Source of the DNA: Candidatus Eiseniibacteriota bacterium
Lineage (GTDB): Bacteria > Eisenbacteria > RBG-16-71-46
Assembly: GCA_963744995.1 (NCBI GenBank)
Contig: CAVUWA010000009.1
Span: 32,001-96,000 of the forward strand
Direction: 5' to 3'
Length of the DNA stretch: 64,000 nucleotides
Positions 48,456 to 57,957 of the stretch are shown piece after piece. The notes below the pieces were generated by a model. That model saw nothing but the letters and a program-made list of their open reading frames with translations. It did no database searches and had not been told where the DNA came from. How positions within the stretch are numbered: the first letter of the stretch is position 1; each line of letters starts with the position of its first letter. Made by a program: the position numbers and the translations under genes.

Positions 48456-48878
48456 GCGGGCCTCTCGAGGTGCGGTGCGGCGCTTCCTCCGGCGGGCCAA
48501 AGGGAAACTGGGCCGGGCCCCCGTCCGCGGCAGGGCGGCAGGGAGCGCGAGCGAAGAAGATAGCAGCCCGAGCCGTCTTCGCGAACGGTTCGGTCCGCGA
48601 CCATGACCCGGCCGGTGCGCCGGGACGGCCGGGCGGTGCCCGCGACAGCGCGCTTGCTCTCCAGCCGCACGCGACCGCCCGGATGACGACCCAGGGACGC
48701 CTGCGCACCATCGCGCAGGCCGTCGCCGCCATCCGCCGCGCATGAGGGTCCGGACCGCGTCCTGGCGCTCTTCTCATGGGTGGTTCGAGCGCCGGTCCAT
48801 CGGGCCGCCCCGTGCTCCTTGAGCGTGCGGCCACCCGGGCACGCGCGCCCATCCTCTTCGGCCGGCCCGGAGGCTCCG

Positions 48879-50381
48879 ATGCGCTCTTCCGTAGCCCTGT
48901 CGCATGCCGTGTCGTGGATCGCGCTGTTCCTGCTCACGTGCGCGGCTCCAGGTGCGGTGCATGCGGCGGCGCTGCGGCTGGAGCACCATGCCGGAAGTCG
49001 GGTGGAGTGGCGGCTCGTCATGACCGCTCCGGCGTCCGCTGCGGGCGTGGAAGCCGCCGGCCCGGGCTGCCCCGATCTGGACAACGACGGCTACACCGAC
49101 TGGACCTGCGGCGGCCTCGACTGCGACGACAGCGACCCGACCGTCTACCCCGGCGCGACGGAGGTGTGCGACGGCAAGGACAACAACTGCGACGGGTATG
49201 TCGACGAAGGTGTATCGACCGCCTACTACCTGGACGACGACGGGGATGGCTATGGCGTCGACGGCAGCGACATCCTGTCCTGCGAGCCCGTGTCAGGCTA
49301 TTCCGCCCTCGGCGGCGACTGCGACGACAACGATCCGAACATCCACCCGGGCGCTGCGGAAGTCCTCGACGGCGTGGACAACAACTGCGACGGCACGGTG
49401 GACGAGGGCTTCGAGAACCCGATCCTCCGCTCGATCGTGGATGTTCCCGGCGATCAGGGGCGCGCGGTGCGCCTGCGCTGGCGCCGTCATGCCTGGGATT
49501 TCGCGGGCAGCGCGACGCCGGTCGTGTCGTACTCGATCTTCCGCCAGGTGCAGCCCGGTCAGGCGCCGGCCGCGGCCGCGCGAGCGGCCAGCCGCGAGGG
49601 CGCGCTCGCGCTGCCGGCGGGCGAGTGGGATCTGCTGACGACGCTCGCGGCCTACGGTGATTCGGCCTACCAGACGGTCGTGCCGACGCTGTGCGATTCC
49701 AACGCCACCGACTTCTGCCGGACCACGTTCGTCGTGCGGGCGCAGCTCCAGACGCCGACCGAATACTCCGATTCGGCGCCCGATTCGGGCTGGTCGGTAG
49801 ACAACATCGTGCCCGGCGTGCCGACGGGGTTGACCGTCAACGCGGTCTCGGGCACGGCTGAGATCGCCTGGGATCCGAGCCCGGCTCCCGACTTCCAGTA
49901 CTTCCGGGTCTACCGTGGGCAGAGTCCGGACTTCACGCCGGACGCGGGACATCTGGTGCAGGTGACCGCCGCGACCTCGTGGGTGGACGACGCACCCGGC
50001 GGCGAGACGTTCTACAAGGTCACGGCGGTGGACGCGAACGGCAACGAGAGCGGGCCCGCCTCGAACACGGGCACGGTGGACGTGAACGGCGCGGCGCCGC
50101 CGGCCGTGCTGGCGCTCGCCGGCGTGGTGCCGAATCCGTTCCGCGGCACGACCGTCGTTCATTTCGACCTGCCGGGCCGCGCTGCGGTGCGGCTCGCGAT
50201 CCACGACGTCGCCGGCCGCCGGGTGCGGACGCTGCTCGATCAGGCGATGACTCCGGGCCGCTACCAGCGGACCTGGAACGGCCGCGACGACGCCGGCCGT
50301 GCGGTTCCGCCCGGCACCTACTTCGTGCGCCTCGTCGCGGGCGGCCATTCGATCACGCGCCCCGTGATGCTCGTGCGCTGA
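48879..50381 (+). CDS. Secreted protein with two Cys/Asp-rich MopE-like metal-binding repeats, an FN3-like domain and a FlgD-Ig/T9SS-like tail
   Basis: DCDD...PGA.E..DG.DNNCDG.VDE twice; FYKVTAVDANGNES; PNPF...WNGRDDAG...GTYFVRL; SD GGAGG. Confidence 0.82.
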   Translation: MRSSVALSHAVSWIALFLLTCAAPGAVHAAALRLEHHAGSRVEWRLVMTAPASAAGVEAAGPGCPDLDNDGYTDWTCGGLDCDDSDPTVYPGATEVCDGKDNNCDGYVDEGVSTAYYLDDDGDGYGVDGSDILSCEPVSGYSALGGDCDDNDPNIHPGAAEVLDGVDNNCDGTVDEGFENPILRSIVDVPGDQGRAVRLRWRRHAWDFAGSATPVVSYSIFRQVQPGQAPAAAARAASREGALALPAGEWDLLTTLAAYGDSAYQTVVPTLCDSNATDFCRTTFVVRAQLQTPTEYSDSAPDSGWSVDNIVPGVPTGLTVNAVSGTAEIAWDPSPAPDFQYFRVYRGQSPDFTPDAGHLVQVTAATSWVDDAPGGETFYKVTAVDANGNESGPASNTGTVDVNGAAPPAVLALAGVVPNPFRGTTVVHFDLPGRAAVRLAIHDVAGRRVRTLLDQAMTPGRYQRTWNGRDDAGRAVPPGTYFVRLVAGGHSITRPVMLVR

Positions 50382-50393
50382 GTCTTCCCGGCC

Positions 50394-50422
50394 TGACGTC
50401 CGGCCCTGCGGGGCCGGACGCC
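50394..50422. terminator. Hairpin after the secreted-protein gene
   Basis: Inverted repeat CGTCCGGCCC-TGCG-GGGCCGGACG. Confidence 0.35.
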
Positions 50423-50520
50423 AGCCTTGGCATGGAAGGCGGCCGCTGCGGTATCCTCGGCGCCTCGCGTCTCCGCCGGGGGCGCGCTTCCCTTTCAGGA
50501 AAACGATCCAGACCGACCGC

Positions 50521-53500
50521 ATGGCCATCACGCCGGGCTATCATCTCGATCAGTACGAGGTCCTCGGCGCGCTCGGCGCAGGCGGCATGGGCGAGGTGTA
50601 CCGCGCCCGTGACGCCCGCCTCGACCGCGACGTGGCGATCAAGGCGCTGCCCGCCGCCGTGGCGGCCGATCCCGACCGGCTCGCCCGCTTCAGGCGCGAA
50701 GCCCGGGTGGTCGCGCAGCTCAATCACCCGCACATCGCACAGATCCACCAGCTGCTCGAGCACGCGAGCGGCACCTACCTGGTGCTGGAGTACGTGCCGG
50801 GGAAGACCCTCGCCGAGACCCTGCAGGCGCGGGAGGGGCTGGAGATCGAAGAGGCGCTGCGGCTCTGCACGCAGGTCGCGCGTGCGATCGAGGCGGCGCA
50901 CGGGCGCGGCGTCGTGCATCGCGATCTCAAGCCCGGGAACGTGATGGTGACACCGGACGGCACCGCGAAGGTGCTCGACTTCGGGCTGGCGGTGCAGGCC
51001 GCCGCGCCCGGCAGCGGCGCGACCGCCACGCGCACGCGCTCGACCGCGGGCGGCGGCGGCGTGCAGGGCACGCCGGGCTACATGGCGCCCGAGCAGGTGC
51101 GCGGCGAGGAAGTGGACGGGCGCGCCGACCTGTGGGCCTTCGGCTGCGTGCTCTACGAGTGTCTGGCGGGCGTACCGGCCATCCGCGGCCGCTCGCACGC
51201 CGAGCTGCATGCGGCGACGCTCACCGCCGACCCCGAGCTGGGCCGCCTGCCCGGCTCGCTCGCCGAGCCGGTGCGCGCCATCCTGCGGCGCTGCCTGACG
51301 CGCGACCTGGGCCGCCGCCAGCAGTCGATCGCTGACGTGCGGATCGTCCTGCAGGAAGCGCTCGGCGTCGCGCCGGTCACGCCGGACGTGCCGGAGGTTG
51401 TGGCGGCGCAGAGTCCCCACAACTTGCCGCGCGACACCAGCCACTTCATCGGCCGCGAGACGCAGCTGGAAGCGCTCGCCCACCTGCTCGACGACAACGT
51501 GCTGGTCACGCTCACCGGCGCCGGCGGCAGCGGGAAGACCCGGCTCTCCACCGAGCTCGGCCGACGCCTGCTCGCCCGCTTCGACGGTGGCGTCTGGCTC
51601 GCGGAGCTGGCGCCGGTGTCCGATGCGGCGCTGGTCTCACCGGCCGTGGCCGCCGCGTTCGGGGTGCGCGAGGATCCGAAGCGGCCGCTCGCGGAGACCA
51701 TCGCGTCCCACCTTCAGGAGCGCAAAGCGCTGCTGATCCTCGACAACTGCGAGCACCTGCTCGAAACCACCAGCGATCTGGCGCAGGCGCTGCTGCGCGG
51801 CGTGCCGGGGTTGCGGATCGTCGCGACCAGCCGCGAGGCGCTCGGCGTGGCCGGCGAGCGGTCGTACCGCGTGCCGAGCCTCACGCTTCCGGAGGCGACC
51901 GCGCGCGCGGCCGGCGCGCGAAGCCCCGCCTCCTCTTCGCGGGGAACGCCCGTTCCGCGCACGCCGTCGTCGACGCCCGCCTCGGGGGGGCGCGCGACGC
52001 CCGGCAGCCGCGGCACGCCCGCGACCCCCGAATCCGCACCGGTGGATCTCGCCGCGCTGCTCGCCAGCGAAGCCGTGACGCTGTTCGTGGATCGCGCCCG
52101 CGGCGTGCGTCCGGCCTTCGAGCTCAACGAATCGAACGCGGCCGCCGTGGCCGGCATCTGCGTGAAGCTCGACGGCATTCCGCTCGCGATCGAGCTGGCG
52201 GCGGCCCGGGTCAAGATCCTGAGCCCCGAGCAGATCCTCGCCAAGCTCGATGACCGCTTCCGGCTGCTCACGAGCGGCGGGCGCGGCGTGATGGAGCGCC
52301 AGCGCACGCTGCGTGCCGCCGTGGACTGGTCCTACAAGCTGCTCACGGTCAGCGAGCGCCGCATGCTGCGCGCACTCTCGGTGTTCGCCGGCGGCTGGAC
52401 GCTGGAGTCGGCGATCGCGGTGTGCGGGCCCGGCGGCGGCGAAGAAGGCGAAGACCTCGACGAGTTCGAGGTGCTGGACCTGCTCACCCACCTCATCGAC
52501 AAGTCGCTGGTGCTGGTGGACGACGCGGGCGAAGCGCCGCGTTACCGGCTGCTCGAGACGGTGCGGCAGTACGCGTCGGAGGAGCTCGACCGCGAGGATG
52601 AGACCATGGCGGTGCGAGACCGCCACCTCGATCACTTCCATGACCTCGTCTGTGAGGCGAGTGCCGGTGACGACTCCTACTGGTCGATCCCGGAGGACTG
52701 GAAGCGCCGCATGCTGCCCGACGCGGAGAACCTGCTCGAAGCGATGGCCTGGGCGCGGGTGGCGCCGGCGGCGGAAAGCGAGGGCAAGTCGCGGATCAGC
52801 GAGGGGCTGCTCATCGGCGAGCGGCTGCAGGGGTTCTGGACCGGGAACGGGCTGCACCGGCCGGCGCTCCTTGCACTCGAGGGCCTGCTCGAGCGACGGG
52901 ATGAGGCGGATCCGGAGCGGGTGGCGCACGGGTTCTACGTGGCCGGGAACCTGACGTCGCAACTGGGTGATCTGGAGCAGGGGCGGGCGCACATGGAGCG
53001 CGGGCTCGAGATCGGCCGCGCCCTGGACTCGAAGGAGACGATTCGCCGCTGTCTGAATGGAGTCGGCACGAGCCATCTCTGGCGGGGTGAGGTCGAGAAG
53101 GCGCGGGCGTGCTTCGAAGAGTCGCTTGCACTGGCGCGTGAGATCGGCGAGGCGGGCCGGATCGGCGCCGCCCTGCAGAACCTCGCGACGGCGACCCAGG
53201 ACGACGCAGAGAAAGCACGCGCCCTGACGGAGGAGGCGCTGGGCTTCTACCGTTCGGCGGACAATCTGATCGGTATGGCTCAGTGCACGTACAATCTCGG
53301 TGGGATTCATAAGATGGCACGCGAGTTCGAGAAGGCGCGCACGTTGCTCGCAGATAGCGTCGGGCTGTTCCAGCGGATGGGAGACCGCACCCACTTCGCG
53401 GCCGCGAGCGGGTCGCTCGGGGAGTGTCTCGTCCGCGTGGGCGAACTGGACGAAGCGCGCGCCCGGCTCACCGAGGCCATCGCCCTGGCGGTGGTGGATC

Positions 53501-53826
53501 GCGTCCCCGTGACCTTGCTCAACGTGATCGATTCGATTGCTCTCTTGATCGCCGCAACCGGAGAGCCGGAACGAGCCATCCGGTATCTCAGTGCGGAGGA
53601 GGCGCTCGCCTCGGCCATCGGCATCGAGGCAACCCCTGCGGAAGCGCTTCGCAACCAGGAGGACGTGGCGGCCGCCCGCGCCGCGCTGCGCGAAGCGACC
53701 GGTTCGGACGAGGCGGCCGACCGCGCCGAGGCCGAGGGCAAGGCGATGACGCTCGAGGCGCTCAGCGCCGACGCCGCGGCGTGGCTGAAGTTGCTGGAAG
53801 CGAAGGCGGGCGCCGCGGACGCATGA
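50521..53826 (+). CDS. Ser/Thr protein kinase - STAND (NB-ARC-like) ATPase - TPR protein
   Basis: Kinase: GAGGMGEVY, VAIK, HRDLKPGN, DFGLA, YMAPEQ. ATPase: FIGR, GAGGSGKT, LILDNCEH, TSRE, GIPLAIELAAA. C-terminal TPR-like helices. Confidence 0.92.
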   Translation: MAITPGYHLDQYEVLGALGAGGMGEVYRARDARLDRDVAIKALPAAVAADPDRLARFRREARVVAQLNHPHIAQIHQLLEHASGTYLVLEYVPGKTLAETLQAREGLEIEEALRLCTQVARAIEAAHGRGVVHRDLKPGNVMVTPDGTAKVLDFGLAVQAAAPGSGATATRTRSTAGGGGVQGTPGYMAPEQVRGEEVDGRADLWAFGCVLYECLAGVPAIRGRSHAELHAATLTADPELGRLPGSLAEPVRAILRRCLTRDLGRRQQSIADVRIVLQEALGVAPVTPDVPEVVAAQSPHNLPRDTSHFIGRETQLEALAHLLDDNVLVTLTGAGGSGKTRLSTELGRRLLARFDGGVWLAELAPVSDAALVSPAVAAAFGVREDPKRPLAETIASHLQERKALLILDNCEHLLETTSDLAQALLRGVPGLRIVATSREALGVAGERSYRVPSLTLPEATARAAGARSPASSSRGTPVPRTPSSTPASGGRATPGSRGTPATPESAPVDLAALLASEAVTLFVDRARGVRPAFELNESNAAAVAGICVKLDGIPLAIELAAARVKILSPEQILAKLDDRFRLLTSGGRGVMERQRTLRAAVDWSYKLLTVSERRMLRALSVFAGGWTLESAIAVCGPGGGEEGEDLDEFEVLDLLTHLIDKSLVLVDDAGEAPRYRLLETVRQYASEELDREDETMAVRDRHLDHFHDLVCEASAGDDSYWSIPEDWKRRMLPDAENLLEAMAWARVAPAAESEGKSRISEGLLIGERLQGFWTGNGLHRPALLALEGLLERRDEADPERVAHGFYVAGNLTSQLGDLEQGRAHMERGLEIGRALDSKETIRRCLNGVGTSHLWRGEVEKARACFEESLALAREIGEAGRIGAALQNLATATQDDAEKARALTEEALGFYRSADNLIGMAQCTYNLGGIHKMAREFEKARTLLADSVGLFQRMGDRTHFAAASGSLGECLVRVGELDEARARLTEAIALAVVDRVPVTLLNVIDSIALLIAATGEPERAIRYLSAEEALASAIGIEATPAEALRNQEDVAAARAALREATGSDEAADRAEAEGKAMTLEALSADAAAWLKLLEAKAGAADA

Positions 53827-53854
53827 TTGCCGCCGCGGCGCCGGGATCCGGCGC

Positions 53855-54217
53855 TCAGGTCGCCGCGCGCAGCACTCCCGTACACCACAGGCCATCCTCA
53901 CGCCGTTCGAGCGCGAGGGGTGTCAGCCGCTTTGCTGCGCAGGGTCCCGCGAAGCAGATCCCCGTATCCGGCGCGTAGCGGGCGCCGTGGTGGCAGCACA
54001 CCAGCGCGTCGGACGCCTCGTCGAAGAAGTGCCCGTCGCCGAAGTCGAGCATCTGGGCCTGATGCCGGCACGCGTTGAGGTAGGCGTAGAGCCGCCCGTG
54101 CCAGCACACCGCGAACGCCGGGCGCCGGATGCCGTCCACCGTGACCTCGAAACGGCGGCTCTGGGCTTCGCCGAGCGTGCGGGGCGCGGGGAGGACGAGG
54201 ATGGCATCGAACGGCAT
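53855..54217 (-). CDS. Rieske [2Fe-2S] domain protein
   Basis: NACRH...CCHHGARY...G.C..GPC....L. Confidence 0.88.
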   Translation of the reverse strand: MPFDAILVLPAPRTLGEAQSRRFEVTVDGIRRPAFAVCWHGRLYAYLNACRHQAQMLDFGDGHFFDEASDALVCCHHGARYAPDTGICFAGPCAAKRLTPLALERREDGLWCTGVLRAAT

Positions 54218-54347
54218 GGGCGGATCTCCGGAGCGGGCCCGTTTCCCCGGGGACGCGGGCGCCCCATGGCAGGGCCGCGGCAGGCGGGGCTGGCCGGTGA
54301 GCGGCGGATCATGGCAGAATCGCGACTTCCCCGACAGGAGGCCCCGA

Positions 54348-54909
54348 ATGAATGCACAGCGACCGCTGATCGCGGTCTACGGCAGCAGCACCACCCGCGA
54401 AGGCCAGCCGGCCTACGATCTCGCCCTGGCGCTCGGGCGTCACCTCGGGGAGCTCGGCGCCGACGTGATGACCGGCGGCTACTCGGGCGTCATGGAGGCC
54501 TGCTCGCGCGGCGCGCGCGAGGCGGGTGCACGCGCGGTGGGGGTGACGGTCGAGCTGTTCGAGGCGCGTGGCCCCGCGAACCGGTGGGTGAACGAGCGCG
54601 TCCACACGCCGGACCTCTACGCGCGCCTGCAGCACATCGTGGCGCCGCGCCGACGGTTTCGTCGTCGCGCCCGGGAGCATCGGCACGCTGACCGAGCTGT
54701 ACCTGACCTGGACGCTGGTGAGCGTGAACGGCCGCCCGCGTGCGCCGATCGTGCTGCTCGGCGAGCGCTGGCCCGCGCTGCTGGAGGCGCACCGTGGCGG
54801 CGAGGCGGTGCCGGAGCGGCTCTACGAGTTCGTCGAGTGCACCGCCGATCCCGGCGAGGCCGCGCGGCGGGTACTGGCCGCCGTGCAGGCGCCGGGGGCA
54901 TCCACGTGA
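54348..54909 (+). pseudogene. LOG-family (nucleotide phosphoribohydrolase) gene with a +1 frameshift near 54645
   Basis: VYGSS, TGGY.GVMEA..RGA in one frame; ADGFVVAPGSIGTLTEL (PGxxGTxxE) in the next frame, ending TGA 54909. Confidence 0.8.
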
Positions 54910-56075
54910 GCCGCGTGTCGGCCGATCCGCTGCTCGAGTGGCGGCGCGAGTTCCCGACCCTCGACCACACCCTGCACTTCATCTCGCACTCGCTCGGCGC
55001 GATGCCGCGCGGCGTCGAGGCCGCGCTCGCCGACTACGCGCGCGCCTGGCGCGAGCGTGGCATCCGCGCCTGGGACGAGAAGTGGTTCGGGCTGCCCACC
55101 GAGATCGGCGACGTGCTCGCGCGGATCCTCGACGCGGAGCCGGGCACGATCTCGATGCACGAGAACGACACGACCGCGCACGCGATCGCGCTCTCGGCGG
55201 TGGAGTTCACGAAGGAGCGACCGCGGCTGGTGTGCACGGCGGAGGACTTCCCTTCCGAGCTCTACCTGTTCGAGGGGCTGGCGCGGCGCGGGGTCGAGAT
55301 CGTGCGCGTGCCGGCCCGCGACGGCCGCACCATCGAGGAGGCCGACCTGCTCGCCGCGATCGACGAACGCACCGCGCTGGTCGCGGTCTCGCACGTGTTC
55401 TTCCGCACCGCGCAGGTGCTGGATCTCGCGCCGATCGTGGAGCGCGCGCGCGCGGTCGGCGCGCTCACGCTGGTGGATGCCTACCAGTCGGTGGGCACGC
55501 TGTCGTTCAGCGTGCGCGCGCTCGCGCTCGACATGCTGGCCGGCGGCTCGGTGAAGTGGCTGTGCGGCGGCCCGGGCGCGGGCTACCTGTACGTGCGGCC
55601 GGGCCTGCGCGAGCAGCTCCGACCCGCATTCACCGGCTGGATGGCGCACGCGGCGCCGTTCGACTTCGACGCGGGTCCGATGCGGCCGGATCCCGGCGCA
55701 CGGCGCTTCTGGACCGGCACGCCGGGGATCCCGTCATTCGTCGCCGCGCGTCCCGGCTACGAGATCGTAGCAGCGATCGGCACCGAGGCGATCCGCGCCA
55801 AGTCGCTGCGCCAGACCGGCCGCATGATCGAGCTCGCCGATGGGTACGGGATGACGGTGGTCTCGCCGCGCGAGCCGGCGCGACGCGGCGGCAGCGTGGT
55901 GGTGAACGTCCCGCACGCCGACCGGGTGTGCGCGGAGCTGCTCGCCGCGGACGTGCTGCTCGACTTCCGGCCCGGCGTCGGCCTGCGCCTCGCGCCGCAC
56001 TTCTACACCACCGACGAAGAGGTGGAAGAGGTCATGCGCCGGGTGAAGGACGCCGCGGCGCGCGCCGCCGGCTGA
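54906..56075 (+). CDS. kynU: Kynureninase-like class-V PLP enzyme
   Basis: SHSLGAMP, W......W...W, DFPS..Y, DAYQSVG, KWLCGGPGAG, GWMAH, RLAPHFY. Confidence 0.78.
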   Translation: MSRVSADPLLEWRREFPTLDHTLHFISHSLGAMPRGVEAALADYARAWRERGIRAWDEKWFGLPTEIGDVLARILDAEPGTISMHENDTTAHAIALSAVEFTKERPRLVCTAEDFPSELYLFEGLARRGVEIVRVPARDGRTIEEADLLAAIDERTALVAVSHVFFRTAQVLDLAPIVERARAVGALTLVDAYQSVGTLSFSVRALALDMLAGGSVKWLCGGPGAGYLYVRPGLREQLRPAFTGWMAHAAPFDFDAGPMRPDPGARRFWTGTPGIPSFVAARPGYEIVAAIGTEAIRAKSLRQTGRMIELADGYGMTVVSPREPARRGGSVVVNVPHADRVCAELLAADVLLDFRPGVGLRLAPHFYTTDEEVEEVMRRVKDAAARAAG

Positions 56076-56229
56076 ATGTGAACGCGCGGGCGGGCTCTGC
56101 TAGAGTGCGCGCGGACGAGATCGCATGCGCGGCCTGTTGCTGCGCGCCGGCAACGACGCCCGTCCGCCCGCGGATGGACAGCATGGACGCGGAGCCGCCG
56201 CGCGCGACCCGCTCGAACGCGAGGACACC

Positions 56230-57030
56230 ATGAAGGACACCACCGCCGTCGAGACCCCGCCGCTCAAGATCGTGCGCGAGCCGAAAGTCTACGTCGTCGG
56301 CCGCCAGAGCCTGGATCCCGCCGCGATCGACCGCTTCCTCGAGGACCACGCCGCGAGCTGGCAGACCGACACCGAGGTCGGCGGCGAGGCGCTGGCCGAG
56401 ATGGCGGGCCGGGTCTGCTACATGTCCTACGGCAAGGGCCGCCGCACCAACCGCGAGTTCATCGAGCACATCGTCGAGGTCGGGCACGGCTCGGTGCTGG
56501 AACACGCGGTGTGGAGCTTCCTGGTCACCGGCGTGTCACGCTCGTTCACCCACGAGCTGATCCGCCACCGCCACTTCTCGTACTCGCAGCTCTCGCAGCG
56601 CTACGTGGACGAGTCGCACTCCGACTACATCGAGCCCGACGGGATCGCCGCCGATCCCGAACTGCACGCGATCTGGACCGACGCGGTGAACACGGCGCGC
56701 GCGGCCTACGTGCGGCTGGTCGAGGGCCTGCAGAAGCAGTACGCGCAGGTGCCCGACCGCACGCTGCGCCGCAAGCTCGCGCGCCAGGCCGCGCGCTCGG
56801 TGCTCCCGAATGCCACCGAGACCAAGATCTTCGTCACCGGCAACGTCCGTGCGCTCCGGCATTTCATCGAGCTGCGCGGCAGCGAGCACGCCGACGTCGA
56901 GATCCGCAAGGTCGCCGTGCAGGTCCTGAAGCTCATGCAGGCCGAAGCGCCGGCGATGTTCTCCGACTACGAGCTGGTGCCGCTCGAAGACGGCGGGTTC
57001 GCGACCCGGACGGCGCACCCCAAGGTCTGA
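56230..57030 (+). CDS. thyX: Flavin-dependent thymidylate synthase
   Basis: GHGSVLEH, ELIRHRHFSYSQLSQRY, ARSVLPNATET, N.RA.RHF..LR, EIR. Confidence 0.96.
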   Translation: MKDTTAVETPPLKIVREPKVYVVGRQSLDPAAIDRFLEDHAASWQTDTEVGGEALAEMAGRVCYMSYGKGRRTNREFIEHIVEVGHGSVLEHAVWSFLVTGVSRSFTHELIRHRHFSYSQLSQRYVDESHSDYIEPDGIAADPELHAIWTDAVNTARAAYVRLVEGLQKQYAQVPDRTLRRKLARQAARSVLPNATETKIFVTGNVRALRHFIELRGSEHADVEIRKVAVQVLKLMQAEAPAMFSDYELVPLEDGGFATRTAHPKV

Positions 57031-57041
57031 GCGGAACGGCG

Positions 57042-57887
57042 ATGGGCGGCGAACCGATCGCGATCCGGCCGCTCGAACGCCACCGTGCGGGCGCCGGCGC
57101 CGAGGCGGGGGAGGACCGGGTCGCCGTCGAGGCGCCGCTCGAGATCCGCATCGACGGCCGCGCGCTGGTCGTCACGCTGCGCACCCCCGGGCACGATCGC
57201 GAGCTCGCGCTCGGCTTCCTGGCCGGCGAGGCGCTGATCGCCGCCCGGGAGGACGTCGCGGGCATCGCCCTCACCGCCGCGGCCTGTGCCGAGGAGCCCG
57301 ACATCGCCGACGTCGCCCTCGCCCCGCAGGTGCGCGTGGACTGGTCGCGGCTCGAGCGTCACTTCGCCGCGACCTCGGCCTGCGGCCTGTGCGGCCGGGC
57401 GCATCTCGATTCGCTGCGCCGGGGGCTCGCGCCGATGACGCACGGCGGTTCGTTCGAGCCTGCGGCGCTGATGGCCGTGCCGGAGCGCATGCGCGGGGCG
57501 CAGGCGGCGTTCCAGGCGACCGGCGGCATCCATGCCGCCGCGTACCTCGATGCGGCGCTCGCGCCCGGGGTGCTCCGGGAGGATGTCGGCCGCCACAACG
57601 CGGTCGACAAGGTGAACGGCTGGCTGCTCGAGCAGGCGGCGTTTCCGGCGGGCGGTGGGCTGCTGTGGATCAGCGGCCGGGCGGGTGCGGAGATCGTGCT
57701 CAAGGCCGCACGCGCGGGCATTCCGGCGCTCGCCGCGGTGGGCGCGCCGAGCTCGCTGGCGATCACGCTCGCCGAAGCGGCCGGCATGACGCTGATCGGG
57801 TTCCTGCGCTCCGACCGGATGAACGTCTACGCGGGGCGGAACAGGGTCGCGTCGGGCGCGGGTGCACCGCGCAGCGGCGGAGTCTGA
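57042..57887 (+). CDS. fdhD: Formate dehydrogenase accessory sulfurtransferase
   Basis: RTPGHD.ELALGFL, SACGLCG, TGGIHAA, EDVGRHNAVDK, APSSLA, GFLR. Confidence 0.94.
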   Translation: MGGEPIAIRPLERHRAGAGAEAGEDRVAVEAPLEIRIDGRALVVTLRTPGHDRELALGFLAGEALIAAREDVAGIALTAAACAEEPDIADVALAPQVRVDWSRLERHFAATSACGLCGRAHLDSLRRGLAPMTHGGSFEPAALMAVPERMRGAQAAFQATGGIHAAAYLDAALAPGVLREDVGRHNAVDKVNGWLLEQAAFPAGGGLLWISGRAGAEIVLKAARAGIPALAAVGAPSSLAITLAEAAGMTLIGFLRSDRMNVYAGRNRVASGAGAPRSGGV

Positions 57888-57957
57888 CGGACCCGGATCC
57901 CGAAATCGCCCCCGGACTGGTAGGATTGCCGGAATCTTTTCCGGAAGGAGCCCGACC

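Noticed and set aside
49060..49420. Repeated DNA units as a CRISPR or mobile repeat
   Set aside because: They are two in-frame protein repeats; there are no spacers or cas genes.
54129..56075. 648-aa LOG-kynureninase fusion protein
   Set aside because: Created by a single-base frameshift; the linker is off-frame LOG sequence.
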